A DNA stretch of 64,000 nt from a virus (IMGVR_UViG_3300023184_008416:32001-96000); one strand, 5' to 3'; positions 45,006 through 54,839 are shown, counted from the stretch's first letter. The notes: generated by a model not told the origin, from the letters alone. Numbers and translations: made by a program.

Positions 45006-46388
45006 ATGGTAGCCAAACGGATAATAGATGACCACACGGAGTTGGTTAATATTGGTACGCTTGGTCACGATCAATTGGATTCCGTCGTCAATGATACACC
45101 ATTTTTGGTGTTGTCAGGATCGAATTCTGATTTAGCTTCGAGCTCTCGTAGACTGGTTGCGGGTAGCGGGATCACCTTACAAGATTCAGGGCCTGCTGGT
45201 GATTTAACAATAACTGCAGACGTTACAGGCAGCAATTATACTTTTGAAAATGATTTGACAGTGTCTTTGTCGGGAGGAAGATCTTTTGGAAGGTATGCAT
45301 CTGGTGAAAAAATACCAGCTCAGGGCAAGACGCCTGCTGAGGTCATTTTACTTGCGATAGCAGAGCCCATTGATCCGACAATTTCCTTGACTACGCCAAC
45401 CTCAATTCCCTTTAATCAAACGTCTATCAATAATGTTCTTAATTTTAGTTATACGATAAACAGCCTTGGTGCTTCTGTGGCGAGTGTTGTCTTAGAGTGG
45501 AGAAGAAATAATTCTGGCAATTGGACGACCTTGTCTGTTGACAGCAATTTGTTGACATATATGCATGTAACAGTTGATACAAATTACAACTCTCAATCTT
45601 TTAATTACCGTTATACCGTAATTGATACCTTGGGAGCTACTTCAATTGGGACATTGGACATAACACCCCAAAGTTATGTGGCACCGTCCGTGTCGCTCTT
45701 GTTGTCAGAAATTGTTTCTGGGGGAGTTACCGGAGAATCTACTTATAAGAGGGAAAAGGGAAATATAAATTCTACTCTGAGTGGAACTGTGACAAGAAAC
45801 AGCGTCAACATTCCAGTGACAAGTTATTCTGTGCAATATCAGGTTAATGGTTCAGGATCTTGGAATGACGTTCCAGGATTATCCAGCGTTGTTGTGGCTG
45901 GCAATCCATCGTCAGTTTCGATTCCTTTGACAACACATACAGACGAAAATCTTAAGACATCCGCAAGCCTGTCTTATAGAGTTCTTGTAGTTGATGAGTA
46001 TCAGACACACATTTCCAGTTTTGTGACAGGTGGTAATACCACAATTAATTTTCTTAACGTTGTTTTTTATTCTCCCACATCTTCTGTCCCGTCTGTCTCG
46101 TCTGATGTTAGATCCTTGTCTAACAAAATCTTTACAGACGGCACAAATCCATTCATTTTAAATACAGGTAACGTGGACAGGAATTTTTCTGTTGCTGTTC
46201 CTTCGAATCTTTCAATTACTAATGTCGTCGATATTGATGCACTGAACGCGGATATTACGTCGAATTATGTTCAGTCTACATTTAACGTTAATGATGCCGG
46301 AGGATCATCGGTCACTTATCACGTATATACTTTGACGAATGCCATACCTTATGGAGCCAATCACAGGCACCAGGTGACAAGGGGATAG
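45006..46388 (+). CDS. Putative fibre/virion protein with Ig-like domains
   Basis: S/T/V/N-rich beta composition; LVAGSGITL..LTITA fibre-like motif; adjacent to the collagen gene. Confidence 0.55.
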   Translation: MVAKRIIDDHTELVNIGTLGHDQLDSVVNDTPFLVLSGSNSDLASSSRRLVAGSGITLQDSGPAGDLTITADVTGSNYTFENDLTVSLSGGRSFGRYASGEKIPAQGKTPAEVILLAIAEPIDPTISLTTPTSIPFNQTSINNVLNFSYTINSLGASVASVVLEWRRNNSGNWTTLSVDSNLLTYMHVTVDTNYNSQSFNYRYTVIDTLGATSIGTLDITPQSYVAPSVSLLLSEIVSGGVTGESTYKREKGNINSTLSGTVTRNSVNIPVTSYSVQYQVNGSGSWNDVPGLSSVVVAGNPSSVSIPLTTHTDENLKTSASLSYRVLVVDEYQTHISSFVTGGNTTINFLNVVFYSPTSSVPSVSSDVRSLSNKIFTDGTNPFILNTGNVDRNFSVAVPSNLSITNVVDIDALNADITSNYVQSTFNVNDAGGSSVTYHVYTLTNAIPYGANHRHQVTRG

Positions 46389-46400
46389 TGGGTTGATATC

Positions 46401-48611
46401 ATGGCGTTGACACCAGGCTTACAGTTACCTTTTGGAATTCAACCGGTTAATCCGGTGCCGGTTGACGCCTGGTCGGGACCGTATTCGGGTGTCGATGAGA
46501 GTTCTGCAATATCTTTAGCAAATTCATTGATTCCGTTGGGCATCAGGTTCCAATCGATGGAAGTTCGTCTCATTATGGGGGGAACTTCTCGTAAATATTG
46601 GTATCGCGATGGAGTTACCGATTCCGATCTCGTAGAGTTTTCAGGAGGTGGGGTTGGCTCGCAAGGAGCACAAGGCAGTCAAGGTTCTTCGGGACCGCAA
46701 GGCCCTCAGGGCGTAGCAGGTCAGCAAGGAAGTATTGGATCTCAAGGAGACAGTGGACCACAGGGTGTAACGGGTCTTCAAGGTGCGCAAGGTGTAACAG
46801 GACTTCAGGGTAAAGATGGATACCAGGGTTTCCAGGGAGACGTAGGTCCACAAGGGTTTCAAGGTGCGACGGGAAGTCAAGGTATAGCAGGTCCTCAGGG
46901 AGATGTTGGATACCAAGGGTTTCAAGGATCCAAGGGAAATACTGGTAAAGGATTTGTAATTTCTAAGGTTTACAATTCTGACGCCGAGAGGTTGTCTGCA
47001 ATTGGCATTGATCTTCCCGGCGATGGTGAGTTTGGGTTGGTGGCAGGAACTTTGCCTCAAGCTGATCCAGATTATGGCAAATTATATCTTTACACTGTTG
47101 CCAACGGATGGTCATATGAAACAGACTTGTCTGTTCAGGGAATTCAAGGACCGCAAGGTGAAACTGGTTTACAGGGAACTGTTGGGTTACAAGGATCAAT
47201 TGGTCCACAAGGTGTAGCCGGATCATGGGGAGACGTAGGTCCACAAGGATTTCAAGGAAGTGTAGGATCACAAGGTCCTCAGGGTGAAAAGGGCGCTCAA
47301 GGTTTGCAGGGGTTGTCGGGAGGTGTTTCAACCATCATAGCCGGCAAGGGTCTTAGTGTAGTGACGGGATCAAATGGTGAAGTCACTATAAATTTGATTT
47401 CATCTGGAAGTAACGGTGCAGGAGATTGTCCTTCAGAGTCGTTATTTGAACGTCGTCAACAAGTCGTTGCGTCTTCGTCTGTTGCGGGCGATGACGTAGA
47501 TCTTGGTTTTGTTATTGATCCTGTAAAAATGTCGCAGGGTCGCATAAACATTTATCTTAATGGCGTGTTGCAACGTTTAGGTAATCAATACGACGTTTAT
47601 GCAGGATCCGTGTCTTCTGCACTGAAATTTAATCGTGATTTGTCCATGGGTGATTTAATCACTGTACATGTCGACCCGGGAACGTCGGCTGATCTTGTTC
47701 TGTTCCAACGAGAGTATTACATCGTAGATACTTTCTATGGTCCTGACGCCAACATTGAGTTAGGTTTTATCATTGATAGTAACAATTTCAGCAATGGAAG
47801 AATCAACGTTTATTTGAACGGCGTCTTACAACGATCAGGAATTGATAATGATGTTTACCTTGGAATGACAGCGACCTCTTTGAGGTTTAACTCATCCCTA
47901 GAGGTGGGCGATGTTATTACTGTTTATTCAGACAATTGTATTACCTTGATGCCGTATCCTTACTCGTCTATTGAGAGGAACTACGCTGCGATCGTTTCCT
48001 TTTATGATCCAGGTGACGATGTTGAGTTGGGATTCTCCATCGATCCTCATAAATTTGAGAAGGATTTGATCAGCGTTTACCTTAACGGCATTCTTTTAAG
48101 GCCAGGCCAAGATCACGATTTTTATCTGGGTTCTACGATAACCTCATTGAGATTCACTCGTGGCATTGATGTCGGTGATGTCATATTTGTTCAGGTAGAT
48201 CACAGCGACGGATTGAGCAATTTTGCGTCAATGTCTGGCGATAATTTATTTTTTGGCAACAACATTTTTGCCGCCGGTCTGTCAGGATCACTACAGTCCC
48301 TTGCTAACGGAGATCCGTATTTGGTGTCCGGTCAAGGCATAAACATTGTCACCGGATCTTCGGGACAAATTGTTGTTTCATCTAGACAGATGTTTCAATG
48401 GAATGAGAAGCCCAATGGAAACATTGATGGAGCAAATGACACGTTTAAACTGTTGTTTTCGCCATCGCCTCCGGAATCTTTGATGGTGTTTCGAGATGGA
48501 TTGTTATTAGATTCCGACCTCGGCGATTATGCTATTGTTGGTGACACAATAACATTACCCGTCCCACCCCCCGTTGGAACACGGATTAAGGTTTCTTATC
48601 CTCACGAATGA
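46401..48611 (+). CDS. Collagen-like fibre protein with tandem C-terminal beta domains
   Basis: Two G-X-Q triplet tracts; three ~85-aa repeats containing I(N/S)(I/V)YLNG(V/I)L and a fourth divergent copy (MVFRDGLL). Confidence 0.8.
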   Translation: MALTPGLQLPFGIQPVNPVPVDAWSGPYSGVDESSAISLANSLIPLGIRFQSMEVRLIMGGTSRKYWYRDGVTDSDLVEFSGGGVGSQGAQGSQGSSGPQGPQGVAGQQGSIGSQGDSGPQGVTGLQGAQGVTGLQGKDGYQGFQGDVGPQGFQGATGSQGIAGPQGDVGYQGFQGSKGNTGKGFVISKVYNSDAERLSAIGIDLPGDGEFGLVAGTLPQADPDYGKLYLYTVANGWSYETDLSVQGIQGPQGETGLQGTVGLQGSIGPQGVAGSWGDVGPQGFQGSVGSQGPQGEKGAQGLQGLSGGVSTIIAGKGLSVVTGSNGEVTINLISSGSNGAGDCPSESLFERRQQVVASSSVAGDDVDLGFVIDPVKMSQGRINIYLNGVLQRLGNQYDVYAGSVSSALKFNRDLSMGDLITVHVDPGTSADLVLFQREYYIVDTFYGPDANIELGFIIDSNNFSNGRINVYLNGVLQRSGIDNDVYLGMTATSLRFNSSLEVGDVITVYSDNCITLMPYPYSSIERNYAAIVSFYDPGDDVELGFSIDPHKFEKDLISVYLNGILLRPGQDHDFYLGSTITSLRFTRGIDVGDVIFVQVDHSDGLSNFASMSGDNLFFGNNIFAAGLSGSLQSLANGDPYLVSGQGINIVTGSSGQIVVSSRQMFQWNEKPNGNIDGANDTFKLLFSPSPPESLMVFRDGLLLDSDLGDYAIVGDTITLPVPPPVGTRIKVSYPHE
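46656..47318 (+). repeat. Collagen Gly-X-Gln triplet repeats
   Basis: GSQGAQGSQ.. and GIQGPQGETGLQ.. tracts; GGAGACGTAGGTCCACAAGG is duplicated at about 46836 and 47229. Confidence 0.85.
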
Positions 48612-48613
48612 TC

Positions 48614-49282
48614 TCAGAATTTTTTCTTGCGACCTCTTTTGGATTTTATTGTCTCTTCAACAACAAATTTTTCTTTTGACTTCTTGCGCCTTTGCATGAG
48701 GTCCATAGCAGCTTGTCCTGTTCTGGAGTGTGGATTTTTGTCAGGACGAATCTTTGATTCTTCTACACTTGGACCGTCTTCTGTGATGTTAGGTACTTCG
48801 ACGGGTTGTGAGACCGATGGTTCTTCCCACGTTACTTCTATAGACTCGGCTGTCACATTTTCTGTTGTTTCATCTTCTACTCTTAATTTTTCGATCTCAC
48901 TTTTTTTACTGTCAATTAGGACGCTTAATTTTGTTGTCCTGTTTTTGATGCCCAAGATTTCACCTAATCTTACGTGATGAAGCTTGTCCGCCTCTGACGA
49001 AAAATCTTTTACAAATTTTAAGATATTTCCAGTCGCTGAAACCAATAAAGTTGTCACGGCGGGCTGAATTTTTTCAGCTCTTTCTAGGGCTGCTACTTCT
49101 TCTTTTTGTTTTTTTATGTAATCTTCTACTTTATTGGTCGCCTCTTTCGCCCCCAGCGCATATCCTTCTATTTGTTTTATGTTAGACTCTAGAGCAACAA
49201 GTTCTTGTGAAGTTGTTAGAAGTAGTGTGTCTAAAATTTCTATTTGTGAGGTGAGAGATTCAATCTTTTTTTCGTTTTTCAT
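48614..49282 (-). CDS. Hypothetical coiled-coil protein
   Basis: 222 aa; helical N half, basic C-terminus. Confidence 0.6.
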   Translation of the reverse strand: MKNEKKIESLTSQIEILDTLLLTTSQELVALESNIKQIEGYALGAKEATNKVEDYIKKQKEEVAALERAEKIQPAVTTLLVSATGNILKFVKDFSSEADKLHHVRLGEILGIKNRTTKLSVLIDSKKSEIEKLRVEDETTENVTAESIEVTWEEPSVSQPVEVPNITEDGPSVEESKIRPDKNPHSRTGQAAMDLMQRRKKSKEKFVVEETIKSKRGRKKKF

Positions 49283-49289
49283 GATTAAT

Positions 49290-49326
49290 AAATAAAACCG
49301 CGGGGTGGAAAAATTCCACCCCGCGG
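49290..49326 (-). terminator. Rho-independent terminator for 49368-51464
   Basis: 13-bp perfect stem CCGCGGGGTGGAA/TTCCACCCCGCGG followed by TTTTATTT on the minus strand. Confidence 0.85.
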
Positions 49327-49367
49327 CACTTATTTTACGTTATTGTTACTGTTTATTGATGACAATA

Positions 49368-51464
49368 TCAGGCTGCGTCACGAATGAGGAAGGTCACCTT
49401 GTCACCAGCCTGGAAGGAGAATCCGACCAGGTCGATCTGCTTGCCTTGGCTGTCGGCATTGTTTCCAATGGAATAATCATCGCCAGCCGTGAGGAGAACG
49501 CCATTGAGATAAACGTCCATGTCTTTCTCTGCGTCGTAGTCTGCACGAAGCTTACCGACAGAAGAGAAGTCAAGGGAGCTTGCGCCGTCAGTGGCTGCAA
49601 TGCTGCCCTTCTTGAGATGACCACCCGAAGCTGCTGACAAGATAGCACCGATGATGCTCTTGTCGGCGCCAAATTCCGCCTCGAAGGCAGCTTGATCGCC
49701 CGCAATCGCAAGGCTGAACTCAGAGCCGTTGGCCTTGAGCATCATGTCACCATCTGCTTGAAGTTCGAGCTTATTGCCGCGGATGGCTGCGAGTTTGACT
49801 GCAGCATCAGAAGCATTCCACTCGATTCTACCCTCTTCGCGTCCTTCTTGCGCACTTAGCTTGACACCGGCCATCCAGGAGCTAACGAGATCGATGCCGG
49901 CCATCGTTCCGTCACCATCTGAACCACGGTCGCCCTTGCCGAAGACGACTTCGCCTACGTTACCGTGCTGTCCGACGACGAGGTCCAGGTTCGCTCCCGC
50001 TCCATCGACGAGAACGATACCGGAGTCGACCGCCGAGCCCACGTTCGCGAGGATGACGAATGCATCTTGAACGCGCATGTTGGTGGTGTCGATGTATGTC
50101 AGATCGCCTTTGACGTTGAGGTTGCCGAGAACTTCAACGTTCTTTTTGAAGCTCACGTTACGTGCATCATCCTCGTCACCGATGGACGCAAAGACTTGAC
50201 CACCAGTTTCCTTGAGATCCGCTCCGTTGAACTTGACTGCGGCAGCGTGAAGCTCGAGTTCACCAGCAGTTTCGCTGGAAACGTAAATGCCGTGGGAGAG
50301 ATCAATCTTTCCGCCAGCAACTTCGAGGTCGTCTGCCAAGTAAAGTTTACCGGCAGAGCTGACAGTTGCTTTATCGCTGTAGAAATTAACTTCTTCAGAG
50401 GTGTAGGTCATGTTCTCGCTGTCAACGATGTCATTGTCAGCACCTGCAAAGGCAATGTGGGTTGGTGTGAGGCTGTTGATTATGAGCTTGGCAGTCGAGC
50501 CGACAGTGACGTTTTTTTGGAATTCTGCTGTTTCTTTGGCAGTCAATGCACCGTCGATCTCGAGGGTTGAGCCAACAACAACTGCACCCTCAGAATCGAC
50601 CGTGAAGTCTCCATCTGCGAGGCTGACAGAACCATCAGCAGCGATTGATGCTTTTGTCCCGACAGTGACGTCGCCAGCAGCATAAACTGCACCACTAGAG
50701 CTGACCGTGAAGTCACCATCTGCAAGTTTTGCAGATCCATCACCTCTGATAGCAACTTTGCTGCCGCCTACAGAGAGGTCTGAACCATCAAATGCCAATC
50801 CGGCAGAGTTTGTCATGACAAGTTTGTCATTGACATCAACGTATGGGATTGCGTTGGTGTCAGATCCGTCGATCTGGACAGCTCCGCCGAACTCTGCATC
50901 GCCATTTGACTTGAAAGATGCGACGGTTGCTTTTCCGTCCACATCTAACGTGCCACGTGCATAGACGTCACCAGAAGCCGCGGCCACAGTGAAGTTAGAA
51001 GGACCACCAGCAGCGCTCTTGATGCTCATGTCTGCGCCAGAGAGTTCAAGTGAATCGCCATCAACTTCCATTCCACCGGAGGTGACGTTTACCTTTGCAT
51101 CAAAAGTGGATACTCCCATCGCGTGGAGAGTTCCACTGAAAATCAAGTGACCTTCAAATTCTGCATCACCGTGCACCCTGACTAGTGATTCAAAGATTGC
51201 ATCGCCTGTTGTTGTTAATTTGCCCTGAATCTCTGCGTCCTCTCCATCGACGTGCAATGCTGTGTAGATATCGGAGAGATTTTGAGTGATAGCATGGAGA
51301 TATGATGCTTCACCGGTGACGGCTCTCATCTGCGTGCGAAGTTTGTTGAGCTCGTCGCCGAGCGATCCACCTGCGATCGCAAGATCGGAATTGGACAAGT
51401 CGTCATGAACGTCAGATGAGTGCGATCCACTTATTTGGGATTGTTGAATCATTGTTTTAGCCAT
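49368..51464 (-). CDS. Putative fibre/spike protein (trimeric beta type)
   Basis: Gly/Asp/Ala/Ser-rich short beta repeats; GNLNVKGDLTYIDTTNMRVQDAFVILA; C-terminal MDVYLNGVLL domain as in 46401; AGGA RBS. Confidence 0.65.
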   Translation of the reverse strand: MAKTMIQQSQISGSHSSDVHDDLSNSDLAIAGGSLGDELNKLRTQMRAVTGEASYLHAITQNLSDIYTALHVDGEDAEIQGKLTTTGDAIFESLVRVHGDAEFEGHLIFSGTLHAMGVSTFDAKVNVTSGGMEVDGDSLELSGADMSIKSAAGGPSNFTVAAASGDVYARGTLDVDGKATVASFKSNGDAEFGGAVQIDGSDTNAIPYVDVNDKLVMTNSAGLAFDGSDLSVGGSKVAIRGDGSAKLADGDFTVSSSGAVYAAGDVTVGTKASIAADGSVSLADGDFTVDSEGAVVVGSTLEIDGALTAKETAEFQKNVTVGSTAKLIINSLTPTHIAFAGADNDIVDSENMTYTSEEVNFYSDKATVSSAGKLYLADDLEVAGGKIDLSHGIYVSSETAGELELHAAAVKFNGADLKETGGQVFASIGDEDDARNVSFKKNVEVLGNLNVKGDLTYIDTTNMRVQDAFVILANVGSAVDSGIVLVDGAGANLDLVVGQHGNVGEVVFGKGDRGSDGDGTMAGIDLVSSWMAGVKLSAQEGREEGRIEWNASDAAVKLAAIRGNKLELQADGDMMLKANGSEFSLAIAGDQAAFEAEFGADKSIIGAILSAASGGHLKKGSIAATDGASSLDFSSVGKLRADYDAEKDMDVYLNGVLLTAGDDYSIGNNADSQGKQIDLVGFSFQAGDKVTFLIRDAA

Positions 51465-51620
51465 AGTTTCCTACCTTTTTCCTGTTGGAAAATAGTTGTT
51501 AGTTAATTAACCGGTACGTGTGCAAAGTCCTGCACCTGTGCGTAATATTGCACACAATATATAACTATAATCATTAACGATTATTGAAGAGGTTTTTTGC
51601 AAAAATTTTTACAAAATTTT

Positions 51621-51649
51621 TTGACAGTTTTGCCTGAGGAAAGTACTAT
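51621..51649 (+). promoter_or_regulatory. Near-consensus sigma70 promoter
   Basis: TTGACA-N17-TACTAT with an A/T-rich UP-like tract upstream. Confidence 0.7.
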
Positions 51650-51652
51650 TTA

Positions 51653-52318
51653 TTGTTTGACACCATGTCACAAAATAATGTCCAGCGACGCTGGAAAACC
51701 TTGCTCCACAAAGTGGGGTATCTGCGGCTTGAAGTGGAGGACAAAAAAGAAGTCCTGCAGGAAGCGGAGTCTGAGTTCAATGACAGCTATTCAGAAATGG
51801 CTCGTCGTCATCCAGATCCAGACGATCCTGATTCTCTGCCTAAGGAATCAAACGATTCTGCTGAATTGCAAGTTGAGATTAATGACGTGCGTCAATCTCC
51901 TTTACAAGAGGATTTACCCCCTCCACAAAATCCTGATTCTTTTGAAGAGGTAAAATCTAACGATTCTTTGGGAGAACAAGAAGACTTTAAAAAAATATGG
52001 AAATTAATTGCTGCCAAGACACACCCAGACATTTCTAAAGATTCAGATCTAATAGACACCTATAAAAGAGCATTGGATGCCTGGAATAATGGACGATACG
52101 AAGTTTTACTTGATATTGCAAGCGAGCTATCTATAAAAATGCCCCAACCAACAGAGGGCATGTTGACCGCCTTAGAAACCAGGGCTGCTGTTCTTCAGGA
52201 TGAGCTTAAAAAATTCGAAGGCAGTGTGTTATGGGATTGGATGCATGCTCCTGTTGATAAAAAAGATGTCATCGTGGAGCAGCTGCTAAAATTCAGGCGA
52301 AAGCGTCGGAAGAAATAA
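51653..52318 (+). CDS. J-domain (DnaJ-like) protein
   Basis: DFKKIWKLIAAKTHPD..LIDTYKRALDAWNNG corresponds to helix II-HPD-helix III; flanked by coiled coils. The start may be ATG 51665. Confidence 0.7.
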   Translation: MFDTMSQNNVQRRWKTLLHKVGYLRLEVEDKKEVLQEAESEFNDSYSEMARRHPDPDDPDSLPKESNDSAELQVEINDVRQSPLQEDLPPPQNPDSFEEVKSNDSLGEQEDFKKIWKLIAAKTHPDISKDSDLIDTYKRALDAWNNGRYEVLLDIASELSIKMPQPTEGMLTALETRAAVLQDELKKFEGSVLWDWMHAPVDKKDVIVEQLLKFRRKRRKK

Positions 52319-52368
52319 AATATCGTGATCATTTTTGCTCGAGACAATATAATAGATCTCGGTGTCTT

Positions 52369-53043
52369 ATGTCGATAGAAAAACTTCTGGTAGCTGACTT
52401 TGGTCCAAACAAAGCTAACGCCACGGGATCATCAGGTGTTGGGTATGTGTTATTGGACGTCACTGGGTCAATGTTCTCTCCTAGAACAACCAGTGATGTT
52501 TATCAAACAGTGCCTGGCATTTATGCTGTGAAAGCTTCTCTACCGTCAGGATTTCTTGGACAAGTCGTGTGGGACACGGGCAACGCATTCTCTAAAAAGT
52601 ATTACGTTGCAGAACCCGTTGATTCGCCAGATAATTTGCAGGTCATCAATGATTTGACCACGGTAATATCAAGTTCTTCTACCCTGATTAAAGGAGGAGA
52701 GACTTTGATCGAAGACATGATCACCGCTATATCGGGTAATCTGGTGCAATTTAATTCTGGTGTTTTGGCAGGATTAAGTAATATTGACATGCAGAGCGAT
52801 GTTCTTCAGGATCTTGTGACTCAACTGTCAGCTTCAGCTGTTCACATGGAAAACGCCGTCATGACAGTGCAGGAAGACATCATATTTCTTAGAGGAATAA
52901 CTGCGGGTCGGTGGCACATCATAGACAACCAGATGATCTTTTACGGAGAAGACAATGTCACCGAGATCGCGAGATATAATTTGCTTGATGACAATGGTCA
53001 ACCTTCTATGGAAGCCGTGTTTGATCGTGTCAGGGTGATTTAG
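52369..53043 (+). CDS. Hypothetical (probably virion) protein
   Basis: 224 aa; beta N domain, coiled coil, short C domain. Confidence 0.55.
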   Translation: MSIEKLLVADFGPNKANATGSSGVGYVLLDVTGSMFSPRTTSDVYQTVPGIYAVKASLPSGFLGQVVWDTGNAFSKKYYVAEPVDSPDNLQVINDLTTVISSSSTLIKGGETLIEDMITAISGNLVQFNSGVLAGLSNIDMQSDVLQDLVTQLSASAVHMENAVMTVQEDIIFLRGITAGRWHIIDNQMIFYGEDNVTEIARYNLLDDNGQPSMEAVFDRVRVI

Positions 53044-53045
53044 TC

Positions 53046-53402
53046 TTGCCCCAGAAGATATTAAAGAGAAGAGGGAATGCTCTTCTACTGAGAGGAATGG
53101 GTCCTAATCCTGCGATAGTTTTGCAGGGGCACATTATTTTAATGCACGAGATCGTTGCTCGCATCGTTCGCACAGGTAGGTCCTCGGCTGAACGGGCCAA
53201 GAGAGAGCTCGAAGAGATCATTGCCTGGGCACGTCTTATTAGACTTAATGATGAAAGACCGGGAGTTGACATCGAGGGATACGTTAAAATTTTGGTTAAA
53301 AAGGATGTGGTTCAACAACTCCCCAAGGCACAATTCATTTCTTCAAAGGTTAGAGATGCCCTAGATGATATTAAAATAACGATTCAAAGAATTAAAAGAT
53401 AG
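53046..53402 (+). CDS. Hypothetical protein
   Basis: 118 aa, packed in an operon. Confidence 0.5.
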   Translation: MPQKILKRRGNALLLRGMGPNPAIVLQGHIILMHEIVARIVRTGRSSAERAKRELEEIIAWARLIRLNDERPGVDIEGYVKILVKKDVVQQLPKAQFISSKVRDALDDIKITIQRIKR

Positions 53403-53425
53403 TTATCACAATAATTAAGGAAACC

Positions 53426-54070
53426 ATGGAAAGCTTGCTTGAAACCGTAGACTTAGACATAGAAGAATCAAATGAATTGACCTTTCGAATTAAATTGGAA
53501 GGTGTTGGAACCAATCCCGTTAAAGTTAGACTGGTTTGTGAGGATAAAGATGTATCTTATCTGTTTAATGGATACGGTACAAGTGAGGATGGTGTGGTGC
53601 AGTTTGTATTACCTCAAATGAAAAATAAATTGAATGAAGGATTACATCAAGCCAAAGTGGAAGTTTTGGTTGACAATCGGTATTTTTCACCGGTTCAATT
53701 TCAGATCAATTTTAAGAAAACGATGAGTGTTGTTGCTGAGTCCATGTTCGTTGCGCCGAAACCTCCGTCTCGCCAAGAAATTAAGGTTTCTGCTCAACCA
53801 ATAACGGTTCGTCAATTGTCTAAAGAATCTGCCATTGCTCCCGTTTCAATCGCAGAAGATAAACCCAGATTTCAACAGCCTGTCGAAGAAATCATAAATC
53901 ATTTGCAAACAAATCCAGTACAAGTTAAAAGGTCAGTTGAAAAATCTTCAACTCAAAGAATTATAGAGAGAGACCTGTCAAGGCGTTCAACCCTCGCAGC
54001 AGCAGTGGATTCTGATGAAAAATTGCAGGAGATAGCCCGCACCATTAGATTCAAAAATTCAGGTCGTTGA
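53426..54070 (+). CDS. Hypothetical protein
   Basis: AAGGA RBS; ATAATTAA motif; beta-rich N domain. Confidence 0.6.
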   Translation: MESLLETVDLDIEESNELTFRIKLEGVGTNPVKVRLVCEDKDVSYLFNGYGTSEDGVVQFVLPQMKNKLNEGLHQAKVEVLVDNRYFSPVQFQINFKKTMSVVAESMFVAPKPPSRQEIKVSAQPITVRQLSKESAIAPVSIAEDKPRFQQPVEEIINHLQTNPVQVKRSVEKSSTQRIIERDLSRRSTLAAAVDSDEKLQEIARTIRFKNSGR

Positions 54071-54071
54071 T

Positions 54072-54434
54072 TTGAATCGTTGGTCAACAGGTCGATATAA
54101 AAATCAAAAAACTGGGGTTGTTTGTAAGTATCGGTCCTCTTGGGAGGCCATCTACATGGGTCTTCTGGATTCAGATCACAGGATTGTTACGTGGGAGTAT
54201 GAATCAATTCTTGTTTGTTATCTTCACGGAATTAAAGTCAAACGTTACATACCGGATTTTTTGGTGACTGTTAACACGGGAAAAAAAATTTTGGTAGAAA
54301 TTAAACCCGAAAGAATGAGAGATATCCCTGTCAACGCTGCCAAGAGAGCAGCTGTGATGCAAAAGTGTCAAGAAGAAGGTTGGATATATTACGAGTGGTC
54401 ACCCAATAATCCTGTTGTTCCTGAAGTTTTGTAA
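54072..54434 (+). CDS. Second gp4/TnsA-N-like nuclease
   Basis: YRSSWE..LLD..VTWEYE..YIPDF..LVEIKP. Confidence 0.8.
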   Translation: MNRWSTGRYKNQKTGVVCKYRSSWEAIYMGLLDSDHRIVTWEYESILVCYLHGIKVKRYIPDFLVTVNTGKKILVEIKPERMRDIPVNAAKRAAVMQKCQEEGWIYYEWSPNNPVVPEVL

Positions 54435-54517
54435 TTTTGTACACCCTTAAAGTCTTAATGTAGTGTTAACCTCAACAACTGGCAAAAAATACTTGCCACT
54501 AGGAAAGGTAAATTTTC

Positions 54518-54766
54518 ATGAGCACCACGTCTAATCGTAATGCAGTCATTCGTAGCAGCGTCACTCGTAATGGTCGGTATCGTACTGAGACAGCACGTCG
54601 AGACGAAGGTACCCTTCGAGCTTCAGCCTTCACCGATCCAAATCGTAATTCAACTCGTATTTACATCGATCACCCAGATTACGGCACGATCTCGCTTAGT
54701 GGCCGCGAGGCACGTACTATCTTTAGGGTTTTGAATGAGCATTATAATTACACTGGTCGTCAGTGA
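54518..54766 (+). CDS. Small Arg-rich hypothetical protein
   Basis: AGGAAAGG RBS; CGT-biased codons; its own putative promoter and terminator. Confidence 0.65.
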   Translation: MSTTSNRNAVIRSSVTRNGRYRTETARRDEGTLRASAFTDPNRNSTRIYIDHPDYGTISLSGREARTIFRVLNEHYNYTGRQ

Positions 54767-54787
54767 TTTAAGTAAGTGATGCAATTT

Positions 54788-54826
54788 ACAGCCAGCTCTC
54801 CTTAACTGGATTGCTGGCTGTTTATT
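54788..54826 (+). terminator. Probable terminator
   Basis: ACAGCCAGC..TCC-loop-GGA..GCTGGCTGT followed by TTATT. Confidence 0.6.
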
Positions 54827-54839
54827 ATTGGAGGAAGCA

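Noticed and set aside
46656-47318. Nucleotide repeats as a CRISPR array or DGR template
   Set aside because: They are collagen triplet-coding repeats; there are no spacers and no reverse transcriptase.
48627-50964. Plus-strand ORFs opposite the two minus-strand genes
   Set aside because: Antisense shadows; the minus-strand RBS, terminator and protein motifs explain the region.
48614-51464. Invertible fibre cassette
   Set aside because: The genes are in opposite orientation, but no flanking inverted repeats or recombinase were seen.
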